Shown here one piece after another: positions 49,010 to 60,957 of a stretch of 64,000 bases of DNA. The position numbers and the translations under genes are program-made. The notes under the pieces were generated by a model that saw nothing but the letters and a program-made list of their open reading frames with translations, was not told the DNA's origin and did no database searches. Source of the stretch: Polymyxa betae A26-41 (taxonomy: Eukaryota; Protista; Endomyxa: Phytomyxea). Positions within the stretch are counted from its first letter, which is position 1, and each line of letters opens with the position of its first letter. The DNA lies in contig RBZT01000125.1 in NCBI GenBank assembly GCA_003693705.1, positions 186,001 through 250,000 on the forward strand, given 5' to 3'.

Positions 49010-50267
49010 ATGGTTTGGGTAAGGACCGGACAGGCCTATCGAAGTCTGCAGCGACGCTTGTCGTCGCTGACCGTCACGGCCGATGATCTTTCCTGCATTA
49101 CGGCCGTGTCCAAAAGCTCCAACGTCGTAGGTTGCATATAGGTAGACGTTCGACTTTGATCATGATGCTGTTAGTCAATTGATACGATTCGGTCGAAAAC
49201 GGGCTTTATAATTGATAGTATGGCTGAAATTTCTTATGTCTTGTGATACCAATGACGAAATTGCAGTGGATGGTGTTATATGTAAGAGTGTGAATGATAC
49301 CTTTCAATGTCCTCAGCGTACCACGACTCAGATCATGGCAAATCTTTATTAAAAGGCGCATCTGAGTTTGTTAAATTTCTTCAAGACAACAACAAGAAGT
49401 TTTTGTTTTTGACCAACGCAAGCGAACGATCGCCAAAAGAATTGCAAGAGAAACTGAGGCGAATGGGGATTCAGGTAATGCTGCATACCATGAAAGAAAT
49501 CTGCCAAATGACGTGATCTAGGTCGAAGAGACACATTTCTATACTTCTGCATTAGCAACGGCCAGTTTCATGAAGAAGTCATCACCACATGGTGGTTCTG
49601 CATATGTCATTGGAGAACCCGGTTTAATATCAGGTGAGAAAGAGCTCTGAGCAAGAAGAGAAGTTATTCAAATTGTATACAGCTCTCTATAATGCTGGAT
49701 TCACAATGAACGACCATAATCCTGAATGGGTAGTTGTCGGAGAGACCCGAAACTACAGCTATGAGAAGATTGAGCATGCTGTGCATTTAGTCAGGAATGG
49801 CGCTCGTCTTCTGGGGACCAACTGTGACACCAAAGACCGATTAGGGTCATCTTTTATCCCTGGATGCGGCGCTCTAATTAAACCAATTGAGATGGTGGCC
49901 GAAGTCGATGCCTACTTTGTCGGGAAACCGAATCCAATGGTACCCATCGCTTATCTGAACAAGTTGCTTCTGTTATAAACATTTCGGTCAAGATCATGCG
50001 AACAGCACTCCAGCAGCTTGGAGTCAAGAGATCGGAAACCGTGGTTATAGGAGACCGAATGGACACAGGCAATGTTTTATTGTTTAAACGGTTTATGCAC
50101 TAATTATTGCTTGCACAGATATACTTGGTGGGCTTCAAGCAGATATCACAACAACACTTGTATTAACTGGTGTTACCAAATGTTCTGACCTGAAAAGGTT
50201 TGCATATCGTCCTGATGTCATATCACCTTCAATAGGGCATATCGTTCCTGGTCTGTACAAAGACTGA
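49010..50267 (+). CDS. nagD: HAD-superfamily IIA hydrolase, NagD-like nucleotidase; start approximate, presequence-like N-terminus
   Basis: Spliced GFIIDMDGVIYHG, FLTNASERSP, FYTSALATA, GKPNP, VIGDRMDTDI, LVLTGVT, YRPD. Confidence 0.92.
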
Positions 50268-50301
50268 AAGTGAAACACAGTCGGTGCAGGATCCTTGCTG
50301 T

Positions 50302-51048
50302 TTAATATTCGAGAAAGGGTTCGACAGGGAATACCCGCTCTCCATCTAGATCTATTTTCACTGGATTTCTATAAAACACGTCGAGATAATTGTCTATGGG
50401 AAACAACGTCGTCAAACGCGCATAGAATGATATCAGCTCGGAGCTTGGAATGCTGCTCATGACCTCCCGTTTCTGAGAGTCGAGAAATTCGCTGCATTTT
50501 GTCTTGTTCATGCCTTGTAACGCCGCCCCCAATACAAGCAAATGTTTAACAGATTCGAATGCTGTCTGAGCCAGGTTTTCAGACGAGAAGTCATTTTGTT
50601 CTGCTTTGGGAACTCTCTTCATGCGCACATCCCAAATAGGAAACATCCGTTCGACATCTTCAACCGATGTCAGCACTCTATCAGAGCTCATGAAATGACC
50701 CGTCGAGTTGCGATTTGACAATCCTTGCAAGTAATCGATCAAGCTGTCGAACGTGCCTTCGATAACCGTTATGAATGCCGTCTTGTTAATAATGAACGTC
50801 AGGCCAGTAAGTTTGCCCTCAACTTTGCTCTTGTTTTCGGAAATGGCATTGACAAAAGCTTGAACATCGTTGGTTGAGGTCAATTCTCCAACCAGTACCA
50901 TGCGATTAACCCGGTTCGCATTCTGAGTCCGTATGCCTTCCTGTACGATATCTAACAGACTCAAACGCTTCGAATCGTTGCTGGTTAAAATCGGACTCGC
51001 TTCGCCATTCTGGATAGAATCATTGGCATTACCCGGATCATTTGACAT
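50302..51048 (-). CDS. TEX47: TEX47-like (C7orf62 family, BLUF-like fold) protein, intronless
   Basis: RMVLVG..LTGLTFII..FITVIEG..RVL..VEDVERMFPIW and C-terminal YLDVFY..PVKIDLDGERVFP resemble the family as recalled. Confidence 0.65.
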   Translation of the reverse strand: MSNDPGNANDSIQNGEASPILTSNDSKRLSLLDIVQEGIRTQNANRVNRMVLVGELTSTNDVQAFVNAISENKSKVEGKLTGLTFIINKTAFITVIEGTFDSLIDYLQGLSNRNSTGHFMSSDRVLTSVEDVERMFPIWDVRMKRVPKAEQNDFSSENLAQTAFESVKHLLVLGAALQGMNKTKCSEFLDSQKREVMSSIPSSELISFYARLTTLFPIDNYLDVFYRNPVKIDLDGERVFPVEPFLEY

Positions 51049-51395
51049 TGTAGATTGGTCTGTAACTGACAGTGCCTACCTTGATGCTGCAAAACACCTT
51101 TACCGCTTACCGCGACGATCTTGTATACCTTTTCACTTTATCACATAACCAGCAAACATCAAATCAACGGTTAAATTCTGTAAGCGTAAGTGAAGCTAGA
51201 CGATAACAAATAAAGAAGATTTATACAGCATGTAGTTTGAAGATGTGAGAATAAAAGTGATGATAGGAATGGAGAGACGAGGCCGCTGCAACCACGTTGT
51301 GCCTTGCCTCTCTGTTTCTTCTTTGTTGGTCCTATGTAGGATATCTGACTCGCACTTTATTTGAGTCCTTCCGTTATCTTGTCTATATCGATAAT

Positions 51396-52345
51396 ATGGC
51401 ATCAGCTGCTGCTGAGGTACTCGATCAGCAACGGGGCGGCTTCTGTTTCGACTTATGCTCTCGGTCAGTTTCTGGGATCTGTAGTTGGTTTTCGACGTCG
51501 ACTCAATGGCGCTTGCCCTTTGCAGGAATGAAAGGCTGTTGGCTGAGGCCAGTAAATCTGGCGTTGCTCTCCCTAAAGTGAAGAAAACCGGAACTACTAT
51601 CGTTGGTGTCTGTTTTAAAGATGGTGTGGTCTTAGGCGCTGATACTCGTGCCACTGAGGGTTTATTAATCCCGAGAATGTTTGCTTTTTATATTAACATG
51701 TATACAGGGCCTATCGTTTGTGATAAGAATTGCAAAAAGATTCACTACATTGCCGACAATATTTTCTGCTGTGGTGCAGGGACTGCAGCCGACACCGAGA
51801 ATGTCACGAATTTGATTGCTTCGCAGCTGGAACTGCATCGTCTGAATACCGGCAAAGAAGTTCGTGTTGTAACCGCTCTAACTCGTCTTAAGCAATACTT
51901 GTTCCGATACCAAGGATATGTTAGCGCTGCCTTAGTTTTAGGTGGAGTGGATTGCACTGGCAGTTATCTTTATACTATCTATCCGCATGGCAGTACTGAT
52001 AAGTTGCCTTATGTGACGATGGGATCAGGGTCTCTGGCGGCCATGGCAATGTTCGAGGCCGGATATAAGGACAACATGACCGAACAGGAAGCCATTGCTC
52101 TGGTTGAATCTGCGATTGAAAGTGGTGTTTTCAACGATTTGGGCTCTGGTTCGAACGTCGATGTCCTTGTGTTAACTCGCGACGGCGGCAAGGATCTTCG
52201 TAACTACAAGAAGCCCAATGAGCGGGTGTTTGAACGACGTGATTACAAATTCCCGCGAGGAACCACAGAAGTCCTCGCCGAAGTTAAAGAGACATTCAAG
52301 AGCAGGATCGTAGTTGAAGACGATGCCGCCATGACTGACGCTTAA
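51396..52345 (+). CDS. PSMB7: 20S proteasome subunit beta 2 (trypsin-like)
   Basis: Propeptide GGFCFD..RN..KTG|[49 protein letters not shown]. Confidence 0.97.
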
Positions 52346-52700
52346 CCTCACGTAATGTAGGAGTAAACACCCACATCGTATTTACCAATTCTGAAATTTG
52401 CTGAATGTTGCTATTTCTGCCGGCGTCTTGCCAGTTTTTTTATTTTTTCTTTTCGCAACCATCAACTTGGTACTCATTTTTTCAAGTGGTCGACTTACTG
52501 CAGTATCAGATGTGCCTGTCGTCTAGTCTTAATCGTGATGTATTATTTTTACAGAAATACTAGCTTGGACTCATTCTTGCTAGTAAAACCAAGCATGCGT
52601 TGCCTCAAGCTAATAACGCTTCATAGGCATCCGTCTTCGCCTCGACAGGAGCTTTTGACAATGCTTCCTTCGTTCGTAACCCAATTAATGACACATATTG

Positions 52701-53669
52701 CTATGACCATAATCGTCTCTTTTTGACGTTTTCGTCCGCAGTCGGTAGAATCTCCATAGCAAAAGTCAACGGGTTGTACCTGAACTTTGGTGAGGCCCTT
52801 TTCTTGGTGCGGCCAATTGCATGTTTAGAAACATTGCTTGGAGGTCCAGGGATGTCAGATACAGCAGAACGTAAATCATTAACGATTTTAACCACCCGCA
52901 TGACGATATCTTTTGCAAAGTTCCATCGCTCGGAATGGAATAAAGCTCGGACCGCCCGAATCTCCGCCTCAGAAGCAGTCGGTTCCGACGCCAACCAGTT
53001 AACACAACCGACCTCGAGATCTTCAGCTTGACAAGCATAATCGTACGCTGAAGCGATTGCAAGCATTTGTGAGACTGACAATGAGTTAACAATGTGATCT
53101 TGCTGCCCTTGATCGGTAGAAGCTACAGTGGCTGATGTTGGCGCTAAGCCAGTTTTCACATTAACAGCAGCAGCAGCAGCTAAATCATCATGAGGAGCGC
53201 TTACTTGACCATATTCGCTAGAAACGAGCTTTGTCTGCACAACAGTTGTAGGTTTCTCAGGGTTGTATTGAGCAGGGTGGCGTAACGCGGGTGGCATTGG
53301 CTGCGGATGGAAGCTCGCTGATTGGAAGAATGACGACGATCTCTTAAGCTGCTGAACCGAAGCCGGACCGCTTACGATTTTTGTTTCGGGTAACGTCTCG
53401 AACTGTAATGGAGGAGGAGACAGTTGAAGAAAAGACAGAGGGTTCGGTTTAGCATTCAAACCTGACGTTGGATTAAAAAGTACTTTTGACTGTGCCACCA
53501 TATCCCATTCTGAATCCGGTAAATCCAAAGACGAATCGGTGAGCTGATCAAGATCCAGATCGAACTTGGTTGTTGTCAATGAAGCCGCATTTAGATCTCT
53601 TAAGCTGTCGCTGAGAAGGATATCCTCGAACGATTGCCTTGGATGGACCCCATGGTCATTTCCAAACAT
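52701..53669 (-). CDS. Hypothetical protein, low-complexity N-half, helical C-half and basic patch (possible transcription factor)
   Basis: 330-aa ORF with acidic/Pro/Gln-rich N-terminus and GRTKKRASPKF near the end. No DNA-binding domain confirmed. Confidence 0.6.
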   Translation of the reverse strand: MFGNDHGVHPRQSFEDILLSDSLRDLNAASLTTTKFDLDLDQLTDSSLDLPDSEWDMVAQSKVLFNPTSGLNAKPNPLSFLQLSPPPLQFETLPETKIVSGPASVQQLKRSSSFFQSASFHPQPMPPALRHPAQYNPEKPTTVVQTKLVSSEYGQVSAPHDDLAAAAAVNVKTGLAPTSATVASTDQGQQDHIVNSLSVSQMLAIASAYDYACQAEDLEVGCVNWLASEPTASEAEIRAVRALFHSERWNFAKDIVMRVVKIVNDLRSAVSDIPGPPSNVSKHAIGRTKKRASPKFRYNPLTFAMEILPTADENVKKRRLWS

Positions 53670-54061
53670 GGGACCGATTCGAACCCGAATCACGACTGGA
53701 AGGTTTTGGAGTCAAACGACTCTGGCGATCGAGAACATGAGAGAACGCACGATGTGGGATTTAGGCACGCGCCATTTGCGCTGGCCCTTGCGACGAGATC
53801 TTGATCAGAACTTCTTGACTTGCCCGCCTTTAACAACAATGTCAATGAACTCCATTTCTATAAGGCAGAGCTTCGACCCAGTCTGACAGTAACAGCCAAA
53901 AACCGGCGCGTAAATGTGGAGGGATCTCTACGGGCTCTGTTGTCTGTACACTGTGCGAGTGGAAACTGTGAACCCCCGATGGGATTTTGGGGTCCATAAT
54001 TGAGGGGCATTCATAATCACTGGAGTGGAGTGATGAAGTTTCGGGTTATTCTCTTAACATT

Positions 54062-55138
54062 ATGGCCGCTGAAGGGTTTATGCTTGGCCGAGTGTTCGAG
54101 GCCGCCAGCGTCATCTTGCTCAGGCGAGCACGGCAGGGTGCTGCTACCCATATTCATGACTATCAAGTGCTGATGGTTGGCCGCCCAATAATGGCCAAGG
54201 CCTTTGCCGAGCGGGTTGTGTTTCCTGGTGGAAAGGTTTGCAGCTGTTCAGTATCGGGGTTGTATTGATGGAATCTGGTTCCAGGTCGAAACGTCTGACG
54301 GTGAATTGAAGCGGACCGATTCTAAGGCGAAATCGTTTTCCAACAGGTATAAAGAGGAGTTGACAAGTCCAGTAATGGTACACTAAACAATTATTTAGAT
54401 TTCAAGTCTGTGCGATCCGCGAGTTATTTGAGGAAACTGGTGTTTCATTGACTGAACCAAAGCTGAAGCTTACAGACGAAGACATTGTTCATTGGAGACG
54501 ACGTGTACTAACTTCTGCTGATTCCTTCAACGATATGATGGAAACATTTCAATGTAATGCCAGTGTCAACAAACTGAAACCATGGTCTCATTGGATCACA
54601 CCTGCGACTGGGGAGCATCGGTTTAATACATGGTGGGAAAGATAATTGTGGTACGTTAACCATAACTGAATTACGGCAAGGTTTTTTCTTGCTGAAGCGC
54701 CAGAAGACGCAAAAGCTTCTGTATTTCCAGGGGAGATGGAACTAACTGATGTTAGTTGGAGGACGCCGCACCAAACATTAGAAGCTTATCGGAACCGTCA
54801 ACTTCAGTTGGCTCCACCTCAAATATACACGTTAGAGCAACTCTGTGCATTGACTACTGTGGAAGATGTCTTCAAGAATATCCCAAAGCCGCAGGATATC
54901 AAGGAATACTTACCGAAAATACGCAAGAATGTGAGCTTTTTTGAGTAATTGCAAACCCAAAAACAAACTGAAAGGTGGATGAAAGGACGAAGGCGTTTAC
55001 ACTGTATTGCTACCTGGCGATAAAGATTATGAAGGGCGACGAAAACAGATTTCTACCGGGTTGCACAGGGTTGAAATTCATCCAGATCCAGAACTAACCA
55101 AAGTTTATGGCGCGGTTAATGCCACATCAAGCTTATAA
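54062..55138 (+). CDS. NUDT19: Nudix hydrolase, NUDT19-like (acyl-CoA diphosphatase)
   Basis: AASVILL, VFPGGKVE, CAIRELFEETG, PWSHWITP..RFNTWFF, LAPPQIY. Confidence 0.88.
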
Positions 55139-55249
55139 TGTAATTATAATTATAACTATTATATATATATACATCTTGCAAGAATGTATCTGCAACCTAA
55201 AAATGAACTCTTTTGGATTTTCAATACAGTGAAAGAAATGGGTGACACA

Positions 55250-55842
55250 TCAGAAGAAAGACCCAACAGAATCAGATTTGTAATGTTGCCAACTATATGC
55301 AACACTCAATGGATTGAAACAACGAAATACGACGGCGGTATACCCGAAATATCCAATAAGGCCAAACAAGGCACAAAGATTGCCTGCACAAGCTAACCAT
55401 AGCTGCCTTGCAACTGTGGCCTTAAGATGATAATTCAGAAGTGGAATCGCAAACAGCGTTATTGCAAGAAACCCAGAGAAGAACTGCCCCGAGTTCAGCC
55501 AACCATCACTGTTAGATGACTTAGAGCGAGATCACTGGACTCTAGAACGAACTTACTTTTCAGCAAAGCTCTCCGCATCAGCAAAACAGAAAAGAAATGG
55601 GATGGCCAGCATAAACAGTGGAACTGTACGACCCAATCAGAATAATCCCATAACTACAGCAACAGACACAAAAAAACTCACTTAAAACGAGAAAATTCCA
55701 CCAAGTCTGATCGAGAATTGCCGACAGGAAATAAAAGACCATGCTGATCGACATTCCGACGCCAGCTATGACGATCTCTATATCACATGTTATCGTTCTT
55801 GGACAGCAGCGGAAGCGACTGAAACCAACCGCCAAGTCCCAT
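55250..55842 (-). CDS. VPS55: Vps55/LEPROT (OB-RGRP) family small membrane protein
   Basis: Four hydrophobic segments. FFSGFLAITLFAIPLLNYH...WLACAGNL matches the family pattern. Confidence 0.7.
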
Positions 55843-56062
55843 TATTTAGGTCAGATGTAGCCAAAAGATTGAAAACTAAAGCTATCAAGTGGACTGGGCC
55901 TTGGAGAGGCGAAACTTTTCGATTAATCGTTAGTTCTATCACGCACTTTTTATCATGTTTTAAAAGACGTCAATCGATGGTCGTATTATTCAATCTGTTA
56001 GAACATTATTACACATATTGCACTGCAATCGGAGCACTCTTAAAGAGAAAAGGTTGGAGCTT

Positions 56063-57928
56063 TTATTGTGATAAACTCTCCGACAAACGCCTTAAGTCGT
56101 TAACGCTTGAGACATTGTTGAATTTGACGTTGGCAGAAGCGTGGGAGAACACAGAGCAGGCTTGCTCTTCTTCTTTCCCATCTCCGATCACCTACCGCCA
56201 TATTCAGATGAATCGCAGTACAATCTCGCATGAAAACCTGGTATATACAGTTTCGCCCATATCGATCTAGAACCTTTTGAAAGATGGAGGCCTTCGAAGA
56301 CGTACTGGAACTGCAAAAGGAAAGTCAACACGAAGGCATTCATGCCTGATCCGCCTTATTACCTGTATACATGCTCGATAGGGAAAAACGGAGATAGCCC
56401 ATAGACCATGAGCTTTACTAATGTCGGCGTCAGCTGCCCAGACGATACAACGATATTGCTGCTGGCACTTGATGCCCAAGCAACTGATCACGAATTCATG
56501 ATTCGATACAAACTCAACAAGGTACGCCTACGTTCAAGCAGCTTTTGTGAAGCGCCCAGCCATCCACCCGATATTCGGTCGATTTTCTTCAGGCAGGACG
56601 CCAGGTTTTCGCTGGCAGAAGTGGATATGAAGCCAGCAAGCGGCTTCCGATATCGCGATCGGATCTCTCGATATCTATAGGAGACCAGACGCCAGTTCGG
56701 GTTTCCATCATCGTCCTCGAGAAAGTCTCGCGTGAAGTCGTATTTATCCAACTCGGCCAAATCATCCGAGTTCATGAGATCGTCGATATGGCTCTGCTCG
56801 TCAATTCAGAAACAGCAAATTGTCAGATCGAATTCATCCAAACCTGTTCGAATGTTTCAATATCTTTGAAGAAGAAATGAGTGTCTGCAAGTTCGAAAAT
56901 GAAGTCTGTGAGAAATCGACTAACCTCAATAGCATCATCGTCAGATAGCCATGAAAATCTGTACATAAACTCAATTATCGAATGAACAATCGCAGACAGA
57001 CAGACATCCGAACCGATTCCTAAATCGTTTCACATCAACGAAACAGTTAAACAGAATCAAGGTCTCGTCCAGATCCCAGACATACTAGCCCATCCCCCAA
57101 GCACAAGTCAGATAGGTGATAGCGATAACGATGAACGATGACTGACGACAGTATGGTTCAGTATTGGAGTAGCTTCAGCTGCTATCTCATAACGATAGAC
57201 GTCGATGCCGACGCCGAAATCAACGGCGCCGTTCTCTGGCACCTGGCCGTCCCAATCACAAACCCTGACGATATTCATCAGGAAAGGAAACGATAGAAAC
57301 GACCTGGATTTGGCACCTTTGCCAGACTTCTTGAAATTCGGCATCGTCGGGTTCGTTCTTCGGGCGTAGCACACTGCTAACGCGACGCCGTTTCTGCTCG
57401 TTTCGCGCCTGTTCGAAGCAGAACTCCTTCGCCTTCTTCTGCCTTCGCAAACAGGTTAGAGACAATCAACGGTTACAGCAAATGGAACATACGAGGGGTG
57501 CTTGACGACCGAGTCCAACCCTTCGAGAACTTTCAGGGCGTTCTGGACGTGATTGCGACTGAATCTGCCCATGTCCTGCCAGGCGATGAGCTTGGAGCGA
57601 AGATCAGCCAGAGACATTCGCTTCGGGTCCAGAGCTAGGATCGCTGGACGGGATAAGATTCGGCACAATCTCGCACCTTGCATAAAATTGGCATTTATTG
57701 TCATTAATCGCAATTCGATCCACCTGTTGTCGGCATGAATCTGTCCCAGATCGACGAATTCGATAGAGCATCGATTGTATCCAGAATTGGGACCAAGTCT
57801 GGGGCCCGTCCCGAACGAGCCTGCTGGACAAACTCTTCCACAATCGACTCGGCCAGAGCCCTACGCTCATTGTCGTCGTCGAGCTGATTGAACTGGTCGA
57901 TAATGTCCTGGGCTCGGCTGGATCCCAT
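56063..57928 (-). CDS. EYA: Eyes absent (EYA) HAD tyrosine phosphatase with helical N-terminal domain
   Basis: YVWDLDETLILFN (about 57045-57085), LADTHFFFKDIE, NIVVSSGQLTPTLVKLMVYGLSPFFPIEHVYS, VIGDGKEEEQA. Confidence 0.93.
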
Positions 57929-58208
57929 CACCAAGAATCATCAGCCACACTCAGAACACACAGGCGACGCACATTAAAGGGAGACAACGGCGCCAGATTC
58001 GCAATATTTTCACGAACTTTTTACAACAAGCATGTCAACAGAATTGCTGAATTGGCTTTGAAATGAAATTCCAGCTTGCGCAGTGACACTGTAGTAAAAA
58101 CGCAAAATGTAAAAAGCTATAGAATCAAGGAGAATTCAGATTTAGATCTGTGCTTCATTGAATTTTTAAGATATGGAAACAGGAAGCAAGCCGAAGATCA
58201 CGGTTCTC

Positions 58209-58965
58209 TTAGCCATAGCGACAGGGTCTCGTGAGTCGTGCCGGCCCACGCGAATCGCCAGTTTGATCGAATTCACGGTGTGGATACAGGCGGGGAAGCT
58301 CGATCTGTATACGACAGCAGCTGTTGGCAGATCTCGTAATGTCCCGATCGCACAGCCTCGCATAGAACTCGATTCCATTCGAATAAGGCAACGATGCCCG
58401 GCTATCATCCAGTAGGAGTCGTAATACATCGATTCTGAAAGCGGCAGCAGCTTCTAGAAACGACCGGCAGTTCCTGATGAGAGAGATAACATTAGGACCT
58501 TGGATTAGGCGTTGGACAATCTCTGGACGACATTGATTAAAAGAAGCATTTGTTTCGCATATAGCCTGGGTCGCAATCGGCATTCGAAAACCACAAATCT
58601 AGCAGAAGCAACGAATGGCATCTGGCAATGGTTGTCAAGCAATTATCTCCGCAGCATGATAGGGCTGTTGAAAGATTGCCAATAAATCATACATCTTGGA
58701 CACCAAGAACAGGTTCAACAGGTTTCGGAACGTTCGCTCATCAGCAATTCGTAAGCGATTGCGACTGGCTCGACAAGCCTGCTCTATACTGAAGTGTTGA
58801 AACTGTCCACGTGAGGCAACAAGACCTTTATGAATGATTCGCCACGTCGAGCAAACGATTAATGGGCGGGTTCTGATCGCCAACGCGGATATCGTGGAAA
58901 TCATCAGCGCTCAGCCAAATCAGGACGGCGTTCTGCAGGGATCGCGGCCGGCGACAGAGGAGCAT
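58209..58965 (-). pseudogene. Degenerate F-box-like + ankyrin-like gene, possibly disrupted
   Basis: SLQNAVLIWLSADDFHDIR is F-box-like; EIVQRLIQ and AAAAFRIDVLRLLLDDSRA are ankyrin-like. A clean spliced frame could not be assembled. Confidence 0.35.
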
Positions 58966-59222
58966 TATATGCCGGAGGGCGTCGAGCGCTCATGTAAGTT
59001 GGCAGGATAACTCGGCGATGTTAAATGAGATGACCAAGATGAGATCTGTTTGAAATTACACAAAGTGTAGAAGGGCGCAGCCATCCTCCCAAGTTGGGGG
59101 TGTTATTAGATGATGGATTCCGTGGGCTCGGGGGGTACATATAGAGAGGCCCCATTACACCATATACAGAGGGACACTTTTAAACCTTTGATAGTCACCA
59201 AGCCCATTCATAATCATCGACA

Positions 59223-60118
59223 ATGTTTCTGACGCGAAGCGATTATGATCAGGTTGGAGCGATGCCAGGATTCTGCGATCTGCTTGCTGAGACCGTATCG
59301 GTTGTATTAGGGAGTGAATACGTTCAGCCCTGAAGGTCGGCTGTTCCAGGTGGAGTACGCTATGGAGGCTATCAAGGTCGGGACGCTGTCTCGTCGCCGC
59401 TCTGGTTATCGTTGACGATCGATGCTTGCAGCTGGGATCGACCGCTATCGGTATTCAGGTGAAGGAAGGCGTCGTGCTCGCTGTAGAGAAGCGAATTTCA
59501 TCGAAGCTTCTGGAGCCGGCGTCGATCAAGAAAATCGTCGAGATCGATAGCCATATCGGGACTGCAATTTCTGGCCTCACAGCCGATGCTCGTACTCTGG
59601 TCGAGCACGCCAGAGTTGAATCGCAGAACCATTGGTTTATGTACAATGAGAAGCTGCGAGTGAAATCATGTGCCCAATCTGTATGCGATCTTGCTCTTGG
59701 ATTCGGTGAAGGTGATGGAGGTAATCAACATTTGTTAAGTATTCTGCTGTCGGTGATCAATATCTCAGGCATGTCCCGTCCGTTTGGTGTGGCGATGCTT
59801 ATCGCTGGAGTCGATGATGAAGGTCCCGTTCTATTCCATTCGGATCCATCAGGAACGTATACCAGGTATAAAGCGAAGGCAATCGGTGCTGCATCCGAAG
59901 GAGCGCAATCGACGCTCCAGGAAGAATACAATGCGTCGATGACGCTGGCGGAAGCTGAAACGCTGGCCTTAACGATTCTGAAGCAGGTCATGGAAGAGAA
60001 GATCAGCGATGTGAACGTCGAGCTAGCTGTGGTCAGCGCCGCTACTGGAAAGTTCACCATTCGTACACCGGATCAGCTGACAAACCAGATTTCCCAATTA
60101 GCAGATCCGGTTATTTAA
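59223..60118 (+). CDS. PSMA5: 20S proteasome subunit alpha 5
   Basis: [58 protein letters not shown]. Confidence 0.97.
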
Positions 60119-60208
60119 AAACTATAGCTTGCAGCAATCGACATTGAATAAACAAAATGTCACGTTTTACAGAGCTTGACAGGTTTTTACCAAATAACAA
60201 TTCGTCAA

Positions 60209-60957
60209 CTAAACTGGCGACTCCAGCAATGATTTCAGGGCTCTAAAAGACCTAAATCAGATCCAATGCCAGCGTATGCAGTTGAACAATTACTTATCAA
60301 TACGATTAAGTTCAGCAGAATCTCTTGGTGATGTATGCATAGGAAACTCATAATTCGCATTCTTCAAATCTCGTAAACGACTACGAAAATCGAATAAACC
60401 TTTGATCGTCATAACCCAGAGATAAACTTACGCCAGCGCCTTCTGCGACAAGGACGATTTATATGGGATCTTGCCGGATTTGGACGCTCTCAGAACCCGA
60501 TCAGGCTCTTCACCGTATGGCGTCTCGCTGAGATCGTCGACCATAAGTGTCGATCGCCCCTTCAAGCATTACAAACACGACTATCGTATCAGGGCGTCAA
60601 TGACTAACTGGGCCAGCATCATCCGATGCAGATGCGAAATCGGTACAGGTCAGGAACACGCTATCGCCCGAGACCTCGCTGGTCTTGTCGGCGTCGCCAT
60701 GCAGACCCAATCGAATTCTGTCGGGTTCAGTTCGTCTCGATTCCAGCATTAGCTACCGCATACTGTTGTCGTTGGCGGCATCGGTCTTGGGTCTGTCTCT
60801 CTATCAATGCGACAATGCTCCTGGATTGTTCCAGCTTTCTCAGGGCGATTTGGGTGCTGTCGTCTTCAACCGTGGGAACTTCGGTAGTCGATCTCAAGGC
60901 GAACGTTGGCGGATCCGTGTCCGACCAGTCATGTTCGTGATGGGAACAACTCGACAT
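60209..60957 (-). CDS. Hypothetical protein, about 185 aa, five exons
   Basis: Four canonical GT-AG introns join into an open frame ending SFRALKSLLESPV*. Confidence 0.6.
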
